Part shown: in pieces, positions 27,599-32,000 of the stretch
Layout: each line of letters opens with the position of its first letter
Numbering within the stretch: the first letter of the stretch is position 1
Assembly: GCF_002075285.3 (NCBI RefSeq)
Contig: NZ_CP021983.2
Span: 60,001-92,000, forward strand
Source of the DNA: Halomicronema hongdechloris C2206
GTDB lineage: Bacteria; Cyanobacteriota; Cyanobacteriia; Phormidesmidales; Phormidesmidaceae
Length of the DNA: 32,000 bases
Direction: 5' to 3'
Notes under the pieces: model-generated
Databases searched by the model: none
The model's input: the letters and a program-made list of their open reading frames with translations, nothing else
Told to the model about the DNA's origin: nothing
Program-made: the position numbers and the translations under genes

Positions 27599-28096
27599 GT
27601 GGAATTGAACTTTAGCGAGCTCCGGGAACTGGTAGCAGCACTCAATCAGACGGATATTGCCGAGCTGACCCTTAAAAGTGATGCTTTTGAGTTGACACTG
27701 CGTAAGCGAGGGACGACAGAGTTATCGGCAATGGCCCCAAACGCAGGGCTCGCTAGCCCAGGACCGATCTCGTCAGTGGTGGCTCCGGCGTCCTCTCCTG
27801 CGGCATCTGGTCCGGCAGAGGAGGAGTCTAAATCTGCACCAACCCCCGACGCCAATTTGGTTGATATTACCTCTCCTATGGTGGGAACCTTCTATCGGGC
27901 ACCTGCTCCGGATGAGCCGCCGTTTGTAGAGATTGGAGATCGGATTCAGACTGGGCAAACCGTCTGTATCATCGAGGCCATGAAGTTGATGAATGAATTA
28001 GAGGCCGAGGTCTCCGGCGAAGTGGTCGAAATTTTGATGCAAAACGCGGAGCCAGTGGAATTTGGTCAGGTGTTGATGCGAGTGCGGCCTAGCTGA
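27599..28096 (+). CDS. accB: acetyl-CoA carboxylase biotin carboxyl carrier protein
   Basis: Contains the biotinylation motif [15 protein letters not shown] and an Ala/Pro-rich linker. GTG start. The efp-accB adjacency is typical of cyanobacteria. Confidence 0.92.
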   Translation: MELNFSELRELVAALNQTDIAELTLKSDAFELTLRKRGTTELSAMAPNAGLASPGPISSVVAPASSPAASGPAEEESKSAPTPDANLVDITSPMVGTFYRAPAPDEPPFVEIGDRIQTGQTVCIIEAMKLMNELEAEVSGEVVEILMQNAEPVEFGQVLMRVRPS

Positions 28097-28827
28097 TGGG
28101 TGACCTCGATAACCTTCAGGCGGCCGATCGTCTCATCGTGCCATTGGATGTAGCTACTGAAACGGCAGCCTTAGCCTTGGTCGATCGCTTACCTCAGGTC
28201 CGGATCTGGAAGGTTGGCTTAGAACTCTTCGTCAGTAGCGGACCTGAGCTGCTACGACTGCTGAAGCAACGGCAGAAGCGTATTTTCCTCGATTTAAAGC
28301 TCCATGACATTCCCAATACCATGGCTGGGGCCTGTCGGGCTGCCGCTCGCTATGGTGTTGATTTCCTGACAGTGCATGCTAGTGCTGGCAAAGCAGCACT
28401 GATGACTGCCCGGGCTGCCGCCCAGGAGGGAGCTGCTGAGGCCGAGGTTCCTCCGCCTCGACTATTGGGGGTTACCTTGCTGACTAACATTTCTAGCCGT
28501 ACCCTTGCCTTTGAACTCAAGGTGCCTCTAGAGTTAACTGACTACACCTTGCAATTGGCTCTGTTGGCTCAGGATAGTGGTCTAGGGGGAATTGTCTGCT
28601 CACCTCAGGAAGCAGACCTGCTGCGCCGAACGTTGTCTCCTGCCATGACCCTAGTTTGCCCAGGAGTCCGTCCCGCTTGGGCCCAGCAAGATGACCAGCA
28701 GCGAGTGTTGACTCCAGCACAGGCCCTGGCAGCAGGGGCTCATTACCTAGTAATTGGCCGCCCGATTACGGCGGCGGCGGCGCCTGAGGCAGCCTTTCAG
28801 CGTCTCTGCCAAGACCTACTTCCCTAG
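28096..28827 (+). CDS. pyrF: orotidine 5'-phosphate decarboxylase
   Basis: [19 protein letters not shown] and the C-terminal GRPIT motif. Its ATG overlaps the accB stop (TGATG), which implies translational coupling. Confidence 0.9.
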   Translation: MGDLDNLQAADRLIVPLDVATETAALALVDRLPQVRIWKVGLELFVSSGPELLRLLKQRQKRIFLDLKLHDIPNTMAGACRAAARYGVDFLTVHASAGKAALMTARAAAQEGAAEAEVPPPRLLGVTLLTNISSRTLAFELKVPLELTDYTLQLALLAQDSGLGGIVCSPQEADLLRRTLSPAMTLVCPGVRPAWAQQDDQQRVLTPAQALAAGAHYLVIGRPITAAAAPEAAFQRLCQDLLP

Positions 28828-28833
28828 GCCACT

Positions 28834-30159
28834 CTAAAGCAGTAGGGCAGCTCGTTCGGCCAGTTCTGAGCGTTCTCCCTTGTAGAGGGTAATGTGACCG
28901 GCTAGAGCTTCTTCCTTGAAGCGCTCGACCACATAGGTCAACCCATTGCTAGAGGCATCGACATAGGGATTGTCGATCTGATCGGGATCTCCAGTCAGCA
29001 CGATCTTGGTGTGCTCTCCGGCCCGAGTCAGGATGGTCTTAACTTCATGGGGCGTCAGATTTTGCGCTTCATCCACAATCAAAAACTGCTTGGGAATGGT
29101 ACGGCCGCGAATGTAGGTCAACGGTTCAATCTGCAGTAGCCCCTGATCCATCATGTCCTCGTGGCCGCGACGCCAGTGTTCTGGCCGTCCCCGGGTTTCC
29201 TGGGTAGCAAAAATCAGATCAAAGTTGTCATAGAGGGGCTGCATCCAAGGTGTTAGTTTGTCGGTAATATCCCCTGGTAGGTAGCCAATATCCCGCCCTA
29301 AAGGGACAATCGGACGAGCAATCAACAGGCGACTGTAAACATGTTCGGCGCCTACCTTTTGCACACCAGCGGCAATGGCCAATAAGGTCTTACCAGTACC
29401 GGCCTTGCCCACCAGAGTGACCAAAGAAATCGAATCCTGTAAGAGCAGTTCCAGGGCGAAGCGCTGTTCTCGGTTGCGCGGCTGAATACGAGAGACCCCA
29501 ACGGCAGATAATTTGCTCAAGGGGATCACCTTGCCCTGACGCCCCTCTACCCACCCCAGGGCAGTATGGGCCGGCTGGGTTTGATCTACTAAAGTGATAG
29601 CTTGATTGGGAAATAGTGGTAAGTCTAGGCCGAGATGCCCCTGCTTGAACAACTGCTCCATGGCCTCGGCGGTTACCATGACGTCACGGCTGCCGGTATA
29701 TAGGTCCTGGATGTCAATTTTGTCAGTTTCATAATCTTGAGCAACCAGCCCCAGCGCATCTGCCTTAATCCGGAGGTTGGTATCTTTACTGATCACCGCC
29801 ACCGGGCAGCGGCACTGCTGCTTCAGCTCCATAGCTACGGCTAGGATGGCATTATCTCCCTGGTCCCCTTCCAGTTCGGGGGGCAGTTGTTGCAGGGTAT
29901 CGCGATGGCAGAGGGCAACCCGTAGGGTACCGCCATTATCTAGAGGAATTCCTTGGATAATGGCGCCCCGTTGACGCAGCTCATCTAGGGTGCGGGAGAC
30001 ATAGCGAGCATTGCGCCCAGTGGCCTCTGGTTGTTTCTTGAAGCGATCTAATTCCTCAATCAATGTGATCGGCAAAACGACCTCATTGTCCTCGAATCGC
30101 ATCATGGCGGATGGGTCATGCAGCAACACATTGGTATCGAGGACGAAGACTTTCTTCAT
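28834..30159 (-). CDS. PIN-domain/PhoH-like ATPase fusion (PhoH2 type)
   Basis: The N-terminal PIN domain has VFVLDTNVLLHDP. The ATPase has Walker A GKAGTGKTLLA and Walker B LIVDEAQN. The track start at 30174 is a TTG, and the ATG is at 30159 (MKKVFVLD). Confidence 0.88.
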   Translation of the reverse strand: MKKVFVLDTNVLLHDPSAMMRFEDNEVVLPITLIEELDRFKKQPEATGRNARYVSRTLDELRQRGAIIQGIPLDNGGTLRVALCHRDTLQQLPPELEGDQGDNAILAVAMELKQQCRCPVAVISKDTNLRIKADALGLVAQDYETDKIDIQDLYTGSRDVMVTAEAMEQLFKQGHLGLDLPLFPNQAITLVDQTQPAHTALGWVEGRQGKVIPLSKLSAVGVSRIQPRNREQRFALELLLQDSISLVTLVGKAGTGKTLLAIAAGVQKVGAEHVYSRLLIARPIVPLGRDIGYLPGDITDKLTPWMQPLYDNFDLIFATQETRGRPEHWRRGHEDMMDQGLLQIEPLTYIRGRTIPKQFLIVDEAQNLTPHEVKTILTRAGEHTKIVLTGDPDQIDNPYVDASSNGLTYVVERFKEEALAGHITLYKGERSELAERAALLL

Positions 30160-30468
30160 AAAACCACTGAGCAATGGAGAGGGGCTTTAGGACCAGGCCA
30201 GATGACAAGCAACGAGGCAGACTCCTAATGTCCAGAACGCTGCTGCCTCCTACCCATGGCTTTATGTCTAAAAGAGGTAGAAGCTGATCCCACGCTCACT
30301 TTACCGCATCTCTCTGCAGCTCTCTGGGCAGGAGCTGGTCCAGCTGTCTTCGGTAAAACTCCTGCGCGGGTAGGCGGCTCAAGTCTAATTGCCATTGCTT
30401 AAGATAGATGATGAGAAGATTAGGATAGAGATGGCGTTGACCAGGCAGGATATCGGGTTGAGGGACTG

Positions 30469-30693
30469 ATGATGAAGCAAGTATTGCTGTGGCTGATTAG
30501 GGGCTATCGAGCCTTGATTTCCCCGCTGCTTCCTTCCACCTGCCGGTTTCAACCCACCTGTTCCCAATATGCCCTCCAGGCAGTGGAGCGATTTGGCCCA
30601 ATCCGAGGCAGTTGGTTAGCCGGACGTCGTATCCTGCGGTGTCATCCTCTACATCCTGGGGGTTACGATCCGGTACCTCCGGCAGACTCCTAA
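30469..30693 (+). CDS. yidD: membrane protein insertion efficiency factor YidD
   Basis: [28 protein letters not shown] and [17 protein letters not shown]. 74 aa. Confidence 0.9.
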   Translation: MMKQVLLWLIRGYRALISPLLPSTCRFQPTCSQYALQAVERFGPIRGSWLAGRRILRCHPLHPGGYDPVPPADS

Positions 30694-30851
30694 AATATCG
30701 GTCCTATCATACAGTCCAGCTGAGCCATTGCCTATGGTCGGCGTCATCACGCTTTGGGCAATGGTAGGCCTAGACTCAGCCATTGCAATGGCTAACATGG
30801 CCCTAGGCTGACTGGCTACCCCCATCGTTCATCTGTGATGAAAACAACTCC

Positions 30852-30875
30852 AAAAAAGGGTGGCCACAGCCACCC
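30852..30875 (-). terminator. rho-independent terminator of the PEP-CTERM gene
   Basis: The minus strand reads GGGTGGC-TGTG-GCCACCC followed by TTTTTT. On the plus strand the stem is 30858-30864/30869-30875 and the A-run is 30852-30857. It lies about 35 nt after the stop at 30910. Confidence 0.7.
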
Positions 30876-30909
30876 TATCTCATCTATCGCTCATGGATTA
30901 TGCGGTCGG

Positions 30910-31686
30910 TCATTGTGGGCATTGACGACGGCGAGTCAGTGTCAAGGCCCCGGCTACTATCCCCAAGCCAATCACGGTGGCGGGTTCTGGCACCTGAGCA
31001 GCCACGACTTTGTAATCGGGCCCCTTGGAAGTAGCATTGCTGCTGAGCTGTAGCCAGCTAGCTCCGGCACCATCCAGTTTCAGGCCCAGGGCGCCTACGG
31101 ATTGGGTATTGGCGATCTCGGTGGTATTGATCTGGAAGCCAGCGTTCTCCCAGAGGTCGCGGGTGATCGTAAAGCTCGCTAGGACGGTACCGGCGTCGTC
31201 GAGGGCTTCTACTTGTAGGTCGCTGTTGAGACCACGCTCCCAGAAGAGGAAGTGGTTCTGGGCTTGACCAAAGCCCACCTTGAGGGTAGCTGTGCCCTTG
31301 TCTTCGGTATCAATGATGCTATTCAGGTTGAGATTACCTAGGGATGCCACTACGTCGGCATCGGTGGGATCTTCGACCATGGGGCCTTCTGGAGCAAGGG
31401 CTTGGAGCGTGGTCTGATCCCCGTGGTCGGAGCTGGCAGCGCCGCTGTTGCCGCCGGTATAGGGAGGATTGTAGAGAATGGAGGCATCGGTGACGGTGGC
31501 AAAATCTGAGACTGTTTTGCCATCGATGGTGACAGCGTTTAGTAATACATCTCCTTGCGGGGGATTCCCGCTCCAATGGGTCTGAAATAAGAATGGCGTA
31601 AACGACGCGGCCTGGGCGGAGCCTGTGATAGTACTGAGGCTACCTGCCAGGGCGCCTAGATAAGACACGATATGGCTAACTTTCAT
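30910..31686 (-). CDS. PEP-CTERM sorting-domain surface protein
   Basis: The C-terminus is VPEPATVIGLGIVAGALTLTRRR (PEP motif, TM helix, then an Arg cluster). The ATG at 31686 gives a signal peptide, MKVSHIVSYLGALAGSLSTITGSAQA, and is preceded by AAGGAA. The track ORF extension to 31827 is unlikely to be real. Confidence 0.8.
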   Translation of the reverse strand: MKVSHIVSYLGALAGSLSTITGSAQAASFTPFLFQTHWSGNPPQGDVLLNAVTIDGKTVSDFATVTDASILYNPPYTGGNSGAASSDHGDQTTLQALAPEGPMVEDPTDADVVASLGNLNLNSIIDTEDKGTATLKVGFGQAQNHFLFWERGLNSDLQVEALDDAGTVLASFTITRDLWENAGFQINTTEIANTQSVGALGLKLDGAGASWLQLSSNATSKGPDYKVVAAQVPEPATVIGLGIVAGALTLTRRRQCPQ

Positions 31687-31802
31687 AGGGTTCCTTGCTG
31701 CAATCAACTCACGGTGGATGACCTGATGGGGGATGGGCCATCTTCTTCGGGAGAACGCGAGGATTGCGATGTACAGTAATGGCGACCACCTAAACGTTGA
31801 GT

Positions 31803-31810
31803 GCGATCGC
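31803..31810. repeat. HIP1 palindrome
   Basis: perfect GCGATCGC. Confidence 0.95.
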
Positions 31811-32000
31811 ATATCAGCCGACAGCATTCAGTTCTCAGGGGCAACCATATTACTACCTAGTCATCTGACTGACCTATATATCACTCTAGAGTAATTAAGC
31901 AGGATCGCCTAGAGGGCTGTAGCGAATTTTACCAATGCTTCACAAAGTTTTCCGTGTTCTCCCCAGACTCTGTCGTCTGGAGAACCGTTCGGCTTTGTGG

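Noticed and set aside
30160-30468. PhoAT-like small antitoxin ORF upstream of the PIN-PhoH gene
   Set aside because: Translating the minus strand upstream of the ATG at 30159 gives only ORFs of a few codons. The 60-aa track ORF 30385-30567 is antisense to yidD and of low complexity.
30724-30792. Inverted repeats CCATTGCC/GGCAATGG (about 30725-30764) and the perfect 14-bp palindrome GCCATTGCAATGGC (30779-30792), downstream of yidD, as terminators or operator sites
   Set aside because: They have no U-run, and they lie in a convergent gap where the clear terminator at 30852-30875 already serves the opposite gene. They may still act as a yidD terminator hairpin, but I cannot support that from sequence alone.

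Overview
The window looks like a cyanobacterial chromosomal core region. Evidence for this is psbK, a light-dependent protochlorophyllide reductase, a TLP40-type cyclophilin, a PEP-CTERM protein and 13 perfect HIP1 palindromes (GCGATCGC). I call about 32 protein-coding genes, and nearly all are housekeeping. They include tgt, cobS, an LptC-like gene, metG, a UDP-glucose dehydrogenase plus UDP-glucuronate decarboxylase pair, an SSS transporter, por, leuB, prepilin peptidase, a SemiSWEET, thiL, efp-accB-pyrF, a PIN-PhoH ATPase and yidD. I found no rRNA, tRNA, CRISPR array, transposase, integrase or phage gene. I also found no convincing multi-gene novel system, and I will not claim one. Five things remain unexplained. 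(1) A 687-bp ORF-free, GC-rich, hairpin-dense block (core 9689-10103) runs into a heptanucleotide tandem repeat and polypyrimidine tract, directly upstream of an exbB-like gene that has no exbD partner. (2) A second purine-to-pyrimidine strand-switch tract lies in the PPIase/efp divergent region and shares short motifs with the first. (3) A solitary DndE-like gene has no dndABCD nearby. (4) A solitary nuclease-like plus DUF4268-like gene is followed by a CCTGAA/TTCAGG repeat cluster and a strong terminator about 130 nt downstream. (5) There are several small direct repeats. All family assignments come from reading the supplied translations by eye, with no database search. Several ORF-track starts are TTG or GTG codons, and I moved those to the first in-frame ATG where that fits the family N-terminus.
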